This document shows positions 22,063-32,819 of a stretch of DNA of 64,000 bases, one piece after another (the first letter of the stretch is position 1; each line of letters opens with the position of its first letter). Location of the stretch: positions 124,001 through 188,000 of the IMG/VR virus record IMGVR_UViG_3300044644_001125, one strand, 5' to 3'. A model generated the notes under the pieces. That model searched no databases and was not told the origin of the DNA. It saw only the letters and a list, made by a program, of their open reading frames with translations. A program made the position numbers and the translations under genes.

Positions 22063-22617
22063 ATGACTAAAGTTAGTTCAGGCTCGTTACTTATTGCACC
22101 ACCTACATTTCCAGAAGGATGTTTCACTGAAACAGTTCATTTGGTAACACACCATACAAAAGGTGGTACTTTTGCACTTTGCTTAAATCAACCAACAGAC
22201 TTGACACTTCAAGATGTTTTAGTTGACTTGAATATCGCGGCTGATGTTAACTTTCCAATGTATTGGGGTGGTCCAGTAGATCCAACTTCGGTTTGGATGC
22301 TACATGATGCTGAATGGGAATGTGGTAGTACAATTCAATTTCACAAAGATTGGGCAATGACTTCTAATAAAGACATGCTTTACATGATGGCTGATGGGAA
22401 TGTTCCCAAATATTTCAGACTCATGTATGGTTTTTGTTCTTGGGGTAGAGGTCAACTAGAAGCAGAATTGGCTGGGAATGAACCTTGGTCACCTAATACT
22501 TCTTGGTTAATTGCAGATAATCCAGACCCCTACTGGGTAATGGAAGAACCAATAGAAGACTTATGGCATTCAGCTACTATGCTAAGTGCACATCAAGCAG
22601 TAAACAAATGGCTTTAA
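22063..22617 (+). CDS. YqgE/AlgH (DUF179) family protein
   Basis: LLIAPP, LN.P, GGPV, GFCSWGRGQLEAE motifs; ATG at 22063. Confidence 0.85.
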   Translation: MTKVSSGSLLIAPPTFPEGCFTETVHLVTHHTKGGTFALCLNQPTDLTLQDVLVDLNIAADVNFPMYWGGPVDPTSVWMLHDAEWECGSTIQFHKDWAMTSNKDMLYMMADGNVPKYFRLMYGFCSWGRGQLEAELAGNEPWSPNTSWLIADNPDPYWVMEEPIEDLWHSATMLSAHQAVNKWL

Positions 22618-22631
22618 ACTAGAATGGGTAC

Positions 22632-22868
22632 CTAGGTACCCATTTCTCTTACTGGCCAACACAGCCTATTAAACGCATCGTGATCAGATTCGCAGTAAGC
22701 TAAACACCACATACTATCATTAGTTTGCTTATACAACTCACCTAACTCAACAATCGTTGGTAACCGCCAACCAGTCTTACCATCAATATTCAAAGAAAAA
22801 CAATAGAGTTTAGCATCACTGTACGACATTACCTGTTGATATTCAGTTGGCGTGGGTTCTAGTTTCAT
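22632..22868 (-). CDS. mini DUF1566/Lcl-like family protein
   Basis: DAKLYCFSLNIDGKTGWRLPT..WPVR. Confidence 0.75.
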   Translation of the reverse strand: MKLEPTPTEYQQVMSYSDAKLYCFSLNIDGKTGWRLPTIVELGELYKQTNDSMWCLAYCESDHDAFNRLCWPVREMGT

Positions 22869-23459
22869 TTGATATGAGCAACGTCATCGATGATAGTCAT
22901 AGTGCCCTTACAACAAATATTCCATTTTGTTTCTCCATACTCAACTGTAGTTGAATCAGTAACTGGTACTGTAATATTTAACGATTTAACCAAATTCTCA
23001 ACGCCATCTTCAAACACACGCCATACTAGTGGTGTTTCGTTATTGTGCTTGGTATTAAATCTAATGTGATATTCTTTCATTTTTGTTTCCTTTAAATAGG
23101 TATTTAATGCTCGCACCTAGCGGTGCTCGCAATATCTAAGTTAAGATACAAGTCGCGAGCACCGCTAGGTGCGAGCCAATGCAGTTATTTTTTCAACAAA
23201 TCAAACAACCCGTACTTAGACTTGGGTATCCACTTAGTTGCATTCGGTCCGCATATCTTTTCACTATACCTAGCAGTAGAGCAGTAACCTATGCTAGCTG
23301 GTGTGGTTTGTCCTAACACTGGATCGTATTCTGCATCAATAACATACAGTAAGCATTTGTAATTGTAACTTTTTGGATTACCAAACGTCATTACCTTATC
23401 AATCAAACTGATACTAGAGTAAACACAATCTTTACACAACAATTCTGATTGTTCAGTCA

Positions 23460-24779
23460 TTATATTTTTTCACCTCTTGAAAATCCACGGAATCTGATGA
23501 ATCGTGGAAAACGTAAACTAAAAGTGCCATCTTGATTTTGTGAAACTGCATCAGCACGAACTTCTACTACTTGACCAAGCATATTATCTTTACAAGCCCA
23601 GTTAGAAGTACGTTCTTCATCGGTAAATCCACCACCAACATTAACTGAAATCAATCTACCATCATCTTCACCTTCACAGATAATAGCACCTAAACGACCT
23701 TCGTTTTTACCAGTACCTTCTTCAAATCCAACAATGGCTAAGTCAACTGTAATAAATGGTTTGATTTTCAACCAAGAAGTTCCACGTTTACATTCATACT
23801 TTGCATCTGGGTCTTTAACCATTATACCTTCAAAACCTTCATCTAAGCATTTTTGATTAAAGTCTTTGAATTCCATTTCACCAATAAAAGTATCTAAGTC
23901 TACTTCAATCCATGGTACGATGCTTACGCAGCCTGTATCCTCAAATACACCTTTAAATGTATCTAACAAGTTTCTACGTCTGCGTTGACCCATTTCACTG
24001 ATACCAGCTTTAAACTCGACTAATGGCAGAATGTCAAATACGTGCAATACCGCATCATCTGTTTTTACATCATCTTTTCGATTAAGTTGTTTCATAAGTG
24101 CTTGAAAATTCTCACTCATGATTTCACCATCTATTACATAACTACGTCCGAAGTCATCGATTCGTTTTAATAAAGCATCTGTGATATGTGGGAAGTTAAC
24201 TAACTCTTTTCCATTACGAGTATACTGTTTTACTTCGCGTGCTTCGTAATCAATAATAGTCAAATTTCTCACACCATCCAACTTGTTATCGAGGATCTTC
24301 TTCCCAACCATCTTAGCATCGTGTTTCAACCCATCAGTTGCCAGTTGAACATCAAATACTGGAACTTTGTACTGTGGTTTTTTCGCTTTCTTAGCAACTG
24401 TATTAACCGTTTTCTCGGTAACACCACATCGCAAATCTTTAATCAAGATTCTACGATACCAGTTATTCCACTGGTCTTGTGTGGCAACGTCCATCGCTAA
24501 CTTAATAGCATCCCTTGCTTCGTTTCCTGTAATAGCACGGAATCTTAAGGCATCAGCCATTTCAACAAACGCAGTCCAAGGCAATCCTTGACCAGCATCT
24601 TCTTCTTTTACGGGTACTTGCTTAACACCAAATACAATTAAGTTATCCAATGCTAACTTAACACCTTCGAAAAACTCGTCTAGTTCTTCTTTCATTGCAT
24701 CGGCTAGTACTGCTTCTTTAGCCAATCTGCTGTTGTCACTTTCTAATTGTTTGATAATGTCTTGTGGTTGTGTTCTCAT
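23460..24779 (-). CDS. ATP-dependent DNA ligase
   Basis: KLDGVR adenylation motif, IDGEI, EGIMVK, WLKIK, SLRFPRF. Confidence 0.95.
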   Translation of the reverse strand: MRTQPQDIIKQLESDNSRLAKEAVLADAMKEELDEFFEGVKLALDNLIVFGVKQVPVKEEDAGQGLPWTAFVEMADALRFRAITGNEARDAIKLAMDVATQDQWNNWYRRILIKDLRCGVTEKTVNTVAKKAKKPQYKVPVFDVQLATDGLKHDAKMVGKKILDNKLDGVRNLTIIDYEAREVKQYTRNGKELVNFPHITDALLKRIDDFGRSYVIDGEIMSENFQALMKQLNRKDDVKTDDAVLHVFDILPLVEFKAGISEMGQRRRRNLLDTFKGVFEDTGCVSIVPWIEVDLDTFIGEMEFKDFNQKCLDEGFEGIMVKDPDAKYECKRGTSWLKIKPFITVDLAIVGFEEGTGKNEGRLGAIICEGEDDGRLISVNVGGGFTDEERTSNWACKDNMLGQVVEVRADAVSQNQDGTFSLRFPRFIRFRGFSRGEKI

Positions 24780-24889
24780 TGCTGTTTTCCGTTGTGGTTA
24801 ATGTTGGGTGAATTATATTGTAGTTAGTCTAGGTTGTCAAGTAGTTTTTGTTATTGGCTCGCACCTATCGGTGCTCGCAATCGTGTGGA

Positions 24890-25186
24890 TCAATTATCTT
24901 TTAGATCTCGTATGGCTCTGACGTGGTTGACGCTGTTCTTACCGTCGATGCCCCGGCCGTAATCCTGACCCATATGACCCCAGACGTAACTGCCATCGTA
25001 CTCGGTAGAGGTCCAGTACCAACGTTTTTCAAAATCATTTTCTGAATAATATATTTCATTCAATTCTTCCTTATTAGGCAACCGCCATCCAGTCTTACCA
25101 TCGATATTAAGAGAGAAGCAATATAATCTGGCATCATTCCAATTGAGTTTCGTTTCAGTAGATTTCGGTGCTATTTCAAAGTTCAT
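24890..25186 (-). CDS. DUF1566/Lcl-like protein with DGR-like variable region
   Basis: WNDARLYC..GWRLP..EL..YWTSTE..W..K..VRAIR; GC-rich, NNC-codon-rich 3' end. Confidence 0.8.
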   Translation of the reverse strand: MNFEIAPKSTETKLNWNDARLYCFSLNIDGKTGWRLPNKEELNEIYYSENDFEKRWYWTSTEYDGSYVWGHMGQDYGRGIDGKNSVNHVRAIRDLKDN

Positions 25187-25202
25187 GTTAGTCCATTATA
25201 TT

Positions 25203-25670
25203 TTAGTCGAAGCGAACAACGGTAACGTCTCTATACATAGACCATTCTTTGATCATGCGTAAAACTCGGATCTCGTCACCACCAGCCAGTCCACAACCAA
25301 TCAATGGAAATCCAAACTTAGTTTCTGGACTAAACCGTTTTGCTAAATTTTCAAGTACTAAACCAAATGCAGCATAATCGAAATGCGGACAAGTGGCTTG
25401 TCCGTAGTGATACTGGGTGTAAGCATTAACTACTTTACATACCGGAGTTTCTGCTATTGTAAAAGTACCAAGTTTGTTCTTGTCTCCCATATTTGTATTA
25501 CGGTCAACTACTGCAACTTCAGGCCAACGATTTGCAAGTTGTCTTGCAATCCCAGCTCCCATAGTATTAAAGCAGTTACAACCATGCACGATCACATCAA
25601 ATCGTTGTTGTAATGCCAATTGTATTAGATCACCTTTTACTACTCTCATTTTAATCTCCGTAGTAACCAA
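25203..25670 (-). CDS. macro domain protein (ADP-ribose hydrolase-like)
   Basis: GDL, HGCNC..MGAGIA, NAYTQ, PLIGCGLAGG. Confidence 0.9.
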   Translation of the reverse strand: MVTTEIKMRVVKGDLIQLALQQRFDVIVHGCNCFNTMGAGIARQLANRWPEVAVVDRNTNMGDKNKLGTFTIAETPVCKVVNAYTQYHYGQATCPHFDYAAFGLVLENLAKRFSPETKFGFPLIGCGLAGGDEIRVLRMIKEWSMYRDVTVVRFD

Positions 25671-26709
25671 TCAATTGGCCCAAACTCACAAACTTCTATT
25701 GCTTCCGGTGGAATTGGTTTAGGAATATTTCTACATTCATCTATATTCCCGTCAATCATACGTTTTATTACATCACGTTGTGCCATCAATGATCTACGTG
25801 TTTCACTGTGATCCACATACATAATTTCATTTCTCAACTTGTCTAATGTTGAATTGATATAATAGTATGTTTCTTGTGTCAATTGTCTATTCATTGCTCA
25901 ACTCCAAATTGTTCTTTAATGTTATCACTAATTGTAGATAACGCATCGTATGTCCATTCACTGGCTAATTCGCCAGCAGGACTATTGCCAACTGGAATCT
26001 GATAGGATTCAATTTGATCAATACATTCTTGGATAACCAACTCCGCAAACTGCTCTACATCCCTTGTCAAGTTGCTTGTACTCCAACCATCATCATCGAG
26101 TAGGTTGGCTTGGTATAAAAGTTCTTTAATTCTACCATTCATTGCTCAACTCCGAACTGTTCGTTGGTTATTGATTCAACCAACCGTGTAATATGATTTT
26201 CTATATGAGCAGCAAAGTGCTCAACCATTCTATGGTCACAGAAACCCACTGCGAAATCATCTGCGATCGCATTTGCTGCGTTTAATGCTGCTTGTTTAAT
26301 CTTGATATTCATGCTATCCATCATTTAACCCTAAAGTGATCTTCTAATACATTAATAGCCCATTCAAATCCGTGACTGTATCCATTTTTGTAATCAGTAC
26401 CGCAATCAAGCGATTCACTATACTCATCAAGAACTTTCACAGCTTCCTTAATAATCGATTCAGCAAACTTCATCATTTCAACTTCAGTGTATAAGTCTAG
26501 CGGACCAGATTCGTGCTGATAATCAACTGCAAATGGATTCGGTAATCTATCTCTAAGTTTGCTATACCCGTTTTCTTCTGAGTTGAGCCAAGCATCAAAT
26601 GCCTCGAAGCTCGTCAATGCCGCCACTGGGATTGAAACTGTTTTTGATTCAACTGCCTCTTTCATACGATCTAAATCAAAATTAAAATCCTCATGTTCGT
26701 TTTCCATAT

Positions 26710-27090
26710 TCATACCTTAGATATATTGTTTAAAAACAACTCAGTATCATCAAGGATACCGGTTTCATAGTCATTTAACAAGGCTTGATTCAGTTTAATC
26801 CAATCAAGTATTCGATTCATTGTTTTAGTAGTAATCCAATCCGCTACTTGCCGTGGGTCGTAATCCAAACTTGGAATCATGATTACGAAGCTATCCGGCA
26901 TGCTCATTTTGTTTGGTATGTTAGAAACCTTTACTCGTAAGCCATGCTGCTTCGGAGCCTTACCAACCCAAATGACAACATTCTCTATACCGTGCCGTTT
27001 TGGAAATACATTGGCCATCTCGTACAACTGATCTGATTCCCATTCAGTGGCAACCATGTCAATATATTTGCGTAATTCTTCGGTAATCAT
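26710..27090 (-). CDS. hypothetical phage protein
   Basis: GAGGAG RBS before ATG 27090; LYEMAN..IWVG..HG.RVKV. Confidence 0.55.
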   Translation of the reverse strand: MITEELRKYIDMVATEWESDQLYEMANVFPKRHGIENVVIWVGKAPKQHGLRVKVSNIPNKMSMPDSFVIMIPSLDYDPRQVADWITTKTMNRILDWIKLNQALLNDYETGILDDTELFLNNISKV

Positions 27091-27179
27091 GTTGTACTCC
27101 TCAGTTAATGTTGCTGTAAGTTTACGGTAGTTAGTATAGGTTGTCAAGTGTTTTATTGCTCGCGAGGTATCAAATTGGT

Positions 27180-27428
27180 TCAATTATCTTTTAGATCTCG
27201 AATAGGTCTAACAAAAAGTCTGCCATAACTCGCCTCATCATCGTCTGCTGTCCAATGATACCAAGTGGTTGCATACTCATTTTCTGATTCGTAAATCTCG
27301 TTTAGTTCTTCTCCTGTAGGTAATCTCCATCCAACTTTACCATCTATATTAAGAGAAAAGCAATACATCCTAGCTTCACCCAAAGTGGCTTCTATCTCTG
27401 TTGATTTTGGTGCTATTTCAAAGTACAT
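27180..27428 (-). CDS. mini DUF1566/Lcl-like family protein
   Basis: FEIAPKSTE..MYCFSLNIDGKVGWRLPT..RPIRDLKDN. Confidence 0.75.
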   Translation of the reverse strand: MYFEIAPKSTEIEATLGEARMYCFSLNIDGKVGWRLPTGEELNEIYESENEYATTWYHWTADDDEASYGRLFVRPIRDLKDN

Positions 27429-27730
27429 ACATCCCTCACAGGATAAGCCCAAACCGAATCACCATCGGTTTTGTAATACGTCAACGTCTCAAAATCAGTT
27501 AAATCAACTTGAGTCGCCTGATCATCGTCGGTACATTCAATAGTCCACACCCAAACTGATGGGTCATTAAAGTCTAAGTAAAACGTATCACGAATGCCTA
27601 TCAGTTCGTCAATTGTTGGTAATCTCCATCCAACCTTACCATCTATATTAAGACTAAAACAATACATCTTTGCTTCATCCCACGTCAACTCGTATTTTCG
27701 ATATTCTTCTGGTGCTATTTCAATACTCAT
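27413..27730 (-). CDS. mini DUF1566/Lcl-like family protein
   Basis: IEIAPEEY..WDEAKMYC..GWRLPTIDEL..YPVRD. Confidence 0.75.
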   Translation of the reverse strand: MSIEIAPEEYRKYELTWDEAKMYCFSLNIDGKVGWRLPTIDELIGIRDTFYLDFNDPSVWVWTIECTDDDQATQVDLTDFETLTYYKTDGDSVWAYPVRDVCTLK

Positions 27731-28023
27731 TGTAAACCCCTCACTGCAATTACTCGACCGTATACAGATTCTTTGTTACGAATGTCGTCTCTACCGAACA
27801 TCATATGTTTAATCCAAACCGCAGTAGTATTGTACTCGTATACAGCGGAAGACCAATACCAATGATCTTTATATGTATACCCACCTAAATGATATATCTC
27901 GGTTAACTCGGATAAGGTTGGTAATCTCCATCCAGTTTTACCGTTGATCTTAAGTGAAAAGCAATACAAACGAGCATCATCCCAGCTAGCTATTAGTTGC
28001 GTTGGTTCTATTTCAAATTTCAT
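27727..28023 (-). CDS. DUF1566/Lcl-like family protein
   Basis: WDDARLYC..GWRLPT..EL..YWSS..VIAVR. Confidence 0.8.
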   Translation of the reverse strand: MKFEIEPTQLIASWDDARLYCFSLKINGKTGWRLPTLSELTEIYHLGGYTYKDHWYWSSAVYEYNTTAVWIKHMMFGRDDIRNKESVYGRVIAVRGLQ

Positions 28024-28223
28024 TTCATATTCCTACTTGTTTAATTTCGGCCTATTATATAGCATGGTATTAAAATGTCAACCCTCAGTTTACTCCTTAT
28101 TATATAGATACATTACACCGTAGCGAGGAACGAAGTGACGAGCCATTAACCACTTGACAACCCAATCAATCAAATCTATAATATCAACCACTAAATATAC
28201 CAATACCCCAAAGGAGTTACCCA

Positions 28224-29015
28224 ATGCGAATTCACGAAATTGTTGAAGCAATAAAGAAAACCGATACCAAAACAGCTGACATACTCTCGTTCAATACCGA
28301 ACCAGAATTTCAACCAGCACCAGAGAAAGGTACGTCCAGACAAGCAATGCATTATAAGGATGTAACCAAACGTTCTAAAGATCTACAAGACGCAATCAAA
28401 AAGGTTGAAGCAGGTGAAATGTCTAAACAAGAATACGACACGCTTGTCAACAAGGTCAAAGCTGTTTACCCATATGAAGAAGTTCCTATGTATGCGGATA
28501 TTGAAAAAATCAAAGGCGTGATTACAAAAGACAAAACTGAAAAAGTAAAAGACCCAATGGAATTGCTACCAAAAGGATACCCAGTTGGCCTACGATTAGA
28601 CATCCCATCTTACCGTGATAAGAATACTTGGGTGGTTGCTGTTCACGAACAAAAGAAAGGTTGGGATGCTGGAACACCAATAGCCTATACGTCAACCGCA
28701 ATCATAACTAATGCAACTCTAGGTGTACATCCAAACGCGGCAATGAAGATCGCCAAAGGAAATGAAAAAGGTACAATCGCTGTGATGAAAGGTAATTGGG
28801 TACCAATGAGTTCCGAGCAAGCAAAAGCCTATGCAGAAAAAGCAATGAAAAATCCAGCATGGAAACAAGTGGGTATGGATCCAGAACGACATGCTTACTT
28901 CTATGATAGAAACAATATGCAACCTATCGTAGCAGCAGAACAACTAATCCAAGTAGGTGGTTTCGTTATTGCTTACCGCCCAACCTACGCGAATAAAACT
29001 GAATTCCCATACTAA
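28224..29015 (+). CDS. late protein with capsid-targeting-like N-terminus
   Basis: MRIHEIVEA; TAAATA 28192-28197; VGLRLDIP..WVV.VHE and QVGMDP.RH.YFY motifs. Confidence 0.6.
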   Translation: MRIHEIVEAIKKTDTKTADILSFNTEPEFQPAPEKGTSRQAMHYKDVTKRSKDLQDAIKKVEAGEMSKQEYDTLVNKVKAVYPYEEVPMYADIEKIKGVITKDKTEKVKDPMELLPKGYPVGLRLDIPSYRDKNTWVVAVHEQKKGWDAGTPIAYTSTAIITNATLGVHPNAAMKIAKGNEKGTIAVMKGNWVPMSSEQAKAYAEKAMKNPAWKQVGMDPERHAYFYDRNNMQPIVAAEQLIQVGGFVIAYRPTYANKTEFPY

Positions 29016-29170
29016 AAGATAATTAACCTAGGTTGCTTGGTATTATCGCGAGAGCCGGTATTGTTTATATCTGTATCGCGAGCCACGCTAGTGGCGAGCC
29101 ATTAACCACTTGACATTTCAGAAAATCCGTTTATACTACCAGAATCTTAACAAACCTGAGAATACACAAA

Positions 29171-30094
29171 ATGAATATTATCAACGAAATGCTATTTGGC
29201 TCACATCTATACGGATTGGATACTCCAAATTCCGACAAAGACTATAAGGGTATTGTTTTACCAAGTAAAAATCAATTACTACTTGGTAAGACAAGTTTCC
29301 ATGTAGATCACTCCACAAACAACAACGCAAGTAGAAATACAAAAGACGACGTAGATAAAACCTACTACTCACTTCAGTATTTCGTAGACCTAGCTTGCCA
29401 AGGTGAAACCGTTGCACTAGATATGCTACACGCAACAGATGACAAAGTTATCGTTAACTCTGATATTTGGAAATTTCTTGTTGATAACAGACATCGTTTC
29501 TACACCAAAAGCATGAAAGCATATATCGGATATGTTAGAAAACAAGCAGCCAAGTACGGTGCAAAAGGTAGCAGACTAGCAGAAATCGAACGAGTCCTAA
29601 ACATCGCTAATGCGGCAAACGACAACCAAACTGTTGGTGAATTAACCGTCACAGAAAGCGATGTGGTCAAATGGGTAGTGTACAAAGACAACTATTACTT
29701 AGAAGTCTGTGGTAGTAAGTATCAAGACAATCTAAAAATCCCATTCCTAAAACGAGACTTACAAAAACATTTTGATAAGTATGGTGAACGTACCAAGTTA
29801 GCCAAACTCAATGAAGGTATCGATTGGAAAGCCCTCTCGCACGCATTACGCGCGGGTTACCAAGCACGTGATATTTTCACAAAAGGTTACTTTGAATATC
29901 CATTGGCAGAATCCTCAATCCTAATGGACGTAAAACAAGGTAAATTGGACTTTAATGTGGTTGAACCTCTACTGTCAAATCTAGTAGACGAAGTAACCAT
30001 TCTGGCAAACCAATCCAACTACCCAGACAAAGTCGATAGAGAATTCTGGGATGATTTCATCATCGAAAGCCATTTGCAAATTTTCGATAAGTAA
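29171..30094 (+). CDS. Pol-beta nucleotidyltransferase (RlaP / Nuc-transf-like)
   Basis: FGSHLYG..SDKDYKG (GS..DxD), DWKALSHA.R. Confidence 0.85.
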   Translation: MNIINEMLFGSHLYGLDTPNSDKDYKGIVLPSKNQLLLGKTSFHVDHSTNNNASRNTKDDVDKTYYSLQYFVDLACQGETVALDMLHATDDKVIVNSDIWKFLVDNRHRFYTKSMKAYIGYVRKQAAKYGAKGSRLAEIERVLNIANAANDNQTVGELTVTESDVVKWVVYKDNYYLEVCGSKYQDNLKIPFLKRDLQKHFDKYGERTKLAKLNEGIDWKALSHALRAGYQARDIFTKGYFEYPLAESSILMDVKQGKLDFNVVEPLLSNLVDEVTILANQSNYPDKVDREFWDDFIIESHLQIFDK

Positions 30095-30119
30095 TCGAAT
30101 TGAACCTAATAGGAAATCT

Positions 30120-30395
30120 ATGAACTTTGAAATAGCACCAGTTTTCATCAAAGCAACTTGGGACGAAGCCCGAATGTATTGTTTTGCTCTTAATGTCAAT
30201 GGTAAGACCGGTTGGAGATTACCTACGATAGCTGAACTACATGAGATGCTAAGTCGAGGATTAATCGAACCCGGAAATTACTGGTCGTCTGAAGTTACTA
30301 CCAACAACCACATCAAGTATTTGTCACCAGTCAGTGTTAGGTTCGGCGTAAATGAATACCAATTAGGCGTTTATCCAGTTCGTGATTTAGATTAA
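30120..30395 (+). CDS. mini DUF1566/Lcl-like family protein
   Basis: FEIAP..WDEARMYC..GWRLPT..YWSS..YPVRD. Confidence 0.75.
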   Translation: MNFEIAPVFIKATWDEARMYCFALNVNGKTGWRLPTIAELHEMLSRGLIEPGNYWSSEVTTNNHIKYLSPVSVRFGVNEYQLGVYPVRDLD

Positions 30396-30703
30396 ATATT
30401 GACTTACTTTCTTAATCTGTTACAATAGCATTTTGATAGCGTGCGAGGCGAGATAGCCGCCGAGCATCTTGACAATATTAATATCGCGAGCACCGCTAGG
30501 TGCGAGTATCTTGACAATATTAATATCGCGAGCACCGCTAGGTGCGAGCCAATATATGTTTGTTTGCGGAGTATCTTGACAATATTAATGTTGCGAGCAC
30601 CGCTAGGTGCGAGCCAATGTAAAACTAATATGAATTAACGATTGACTTACTTTCTTATCAGGGTTATACTAACCTTTCTTACAATTTAAAACTTAGGAGT
30701 TAC

Positions 30704-31303
30704 ATGATGATGGTACCAATGGTAGTAGAGAACACAAGCAAAGGCAGGGTTTTTGATATTTTTAGCATGTGCCTCAAAGAAAACGTGGTGTTTATAAATG
30801 GACCTATTGCAACCGAGATGAGTCATGTTGTTGCTGCACAGTTATTATATCTTGAATCAGTTGACCCAGAAAAACCCATTTATATTTATATCAACTCATT
30901 CGGTGGGGAGTGCCGAAGTGGATTATTTTTATACGATACGATTCAGCACATAAAAAATCCAATAAAAACAGTAGCTTGCGGAGCGGTTTGTAGTATGGGA
31001 AGTTTCTTGGCTAATTCTGGTTCGCCTGGCCATAGGTATATTCTACCAAATGCAGCGGTGATGATTCATGCGGTCCGTGGGGGTTCTAACGGAAGTGTTC
31101 ACGATGCTATGATTCAAATGGAAGAAATGGTAAAATTAAACGATAAACTAACCGAATTATACGTGAAACACAATTCAAAAGGTAAAACAATCGAAGATTT
31201 CAAACAAGCGATGTCTCGCGATTATTGGTTAAGTGCAGAAGAAGCAATCGAATTTGGATTAGTTGATTCCATAATGACTTCACGAAAAGACTTACCACTC
31301 TAA
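30704..31303 (+). CDS. clpP: ClpP protease
   Basis: VPMVVE, AQLLYL, YINS.GG, CSMGS (Ser), MIH (His), RDYW..AEEA.EFGLVD. Confidence 0.9.
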   Translation: MMMVPMVVENTSKGRVFDIFSMCLKENVVFINGPIATEMSHVVAAQLLYLESVDPEKPIYIYINSFGGECRSGLFLYDTIQHIKNPIKTVACGAVCSMGSFLANSGSPGHRYILPNAAVMIHAVRGGSNGSVHDAMIQMEEMVKLNDKLTELYVKHNSKGKTIEDFKQAMSRDYWLSAEEAIEFGLVDSIMTSRKDLPL

Positions 31304-31307
31304 CTGA

Positions 31308-31337
31308 GAAAGGCCACCGCAAGGTGGCCTTTCTTTT
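31308..31337. terminator. bidirectional terminator
   Basis: AAGGCCACC-GCAA-GGTGGCCTT between convergent genes. Confidence 0.8.
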
Positions 31338-31340
31338 ATC

Positions 31341-32819
31341 CTATTTCTTACTAGGCTTTTTGTTCAACTTCTTTTCGAGTTTCTTGGCTTCCTTCGCTAT
31401 TCGTTTTTCTTCTTTAACTATAGCAGTCCAATCATTTTCCCACATAACAACCAAGTTGTATCCAAAATCAATTATCTCTTGGTCCATTCTACAAGAATGT
31501 TCGTACAATTCACCAAATGTTTTTCCATGTTTTATACTAAAAGATGATGGATCAAATACTGATGGGTTTCCATGATAATAATCGCCGTGAAATTGATATA
31601 TTGTATTCGTTTCAATGCAATACCCATCAACTGGTCTTGTTCGTTTCTCCGGTAATCTAAATTCTCTAACCAGTTCAAGTCCTAAACTATCCAACCATGC
31701 GTTAGCAGGTTTAGAACCATTAACACAACTATTCTTTACCTTTGGATTTTCTTTCTCGCATTCAGGGCATCCATACTTGTAGTGTTTACCAACTAGTATA
31801 GAAAAATCACCATGCACTGGGCAGGTAACTATAATAGGTACATTTTTAATATCACCACATAGTTCCACCTTCGAATAATCATATTTGAAATCATGAATCA
31901 AATTTAACTTTTCCACCAATTCTGGAACCTTTAAACTAACACGCTCACCCATCTCACGTCTGCTACAGGTATTACAACCCCAGCCGGTTAGATGTGATCT
32001 CGGGGATATTTCAAAATCACCATGCTCTTTGCAGGTAACAATTATTGTCGTTCCACGCGATTTTACATATACAGTTTTATCATATTCGTACCGGAAATCA
32101 TGTTTCTCATTCGCCTTGGCTACATATTCCTCAGTTGTTGTACGTCTATGTGGTCTTTCAACACCTTTAGTTTGTTCAGATATTGAATCTTTACCACATT
32201 TCGCACATCCATAGTAGGTGTGAGCATGTGCGGTTTGTGTGAATATCCCATGTTTTTCACATTCGATATTTATTTTCGTAGTACTATCGACATAATAGCT
32301 TTCAATATCTGGGTATGTATACTTTCCTTCGTGCTTTTCTTCGAATCTAACAAGCATTTCATCTAATGGTACTTTGCGACGTTCACTGCATTTCTCGCCT
32401 TTGCATTTTCCACACCCATGTTTATTAATATGGTCTGAAGGTTTTTGTAAAAAAGGCCCATGAACTAAGCAGTGTATCTCCACCTTCTTGTGCATGTGTT
32501 CATATTTCACCTGCGAGTAGTCAAATTTAGGATTTTCTATATTATCATGTGCTTCATTGAACTTTTCAATGACGTCTTCTTGGGACATTCTACTGTTTTT
32601 ACTATGCGCATCATTAGCACACTGCTTGCACCCATACATAGAGCGAACATGATCATACAATCTCTGTTCAAATAAACCATGAACTGGGCAATGTATCAAT
32701 ACCAGGCTATCTTTCCCAATATATTCGACACTTGAGTAATCGAATTTTCCATTGAACTTATTAGTTGCTTCTGCTATCATTCTTGCGGCGTAAGATTCGC
32801 CTCTGCTAAATACTGTCAT
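31341..32819 (-). CDS. homing-type endonuclease: five C..HG.F..C..C zinc repeats plus Vsr/PD-(D/E)xK-like domain
   Basis: YDYS.V.Y..I.C.VHG.F..GC..C repeats; VDGY..QFHGDYYHG..WEND. Confidence 0.75.
   Translation of the reverse strand: MTVFSRGESYAARMIAEATNKFNGKFDYSSVEYIGKDSLVLIHCPVHGLFEQRLYDHVRSMYGCKQCANDAHSKNSRMSQEDVIEKFNEAHDNIENPKFDYSQVKYEHMHKKVEIHCLVHGPFLQKPSDHINKHGCGKCKGEKCSERRKVPLDEMLVRFEEKHEGKYTYPDIESYYVDSTTKINIECEKHGIFTQTAHAHTYYGCAKCGKDSISEQTKGVERPHRRTTTEEYVAKANEKHDFRYEYDKTVYVKSRGTTIIVTCKEHGDFEISPRSHLTGWGCNTCSRREMGERVSLKVPELVEKLNLIHDFKYDYSKVELCGDIKNVPIIVTCPVHGDFSILVGKHYKYGCPECEKENPKVKNSCVNGSKPANAWLDSLGLELVREFRLPEKRTRPVDGYCIETNTIYQFHGDYYHGNPSVFDPSSFSIKHGKTFGELYEHSCRMDQEIIDFGYNLVVMWENDWTAIVKEEKRIAKEAKKLEKKLNKKPSKK

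Noticed and set aside
30441-30638. 65-aa ORF with repeated peptide (also 32903-33094)
   Set aside because: Artefact of translating the hairpin repeats
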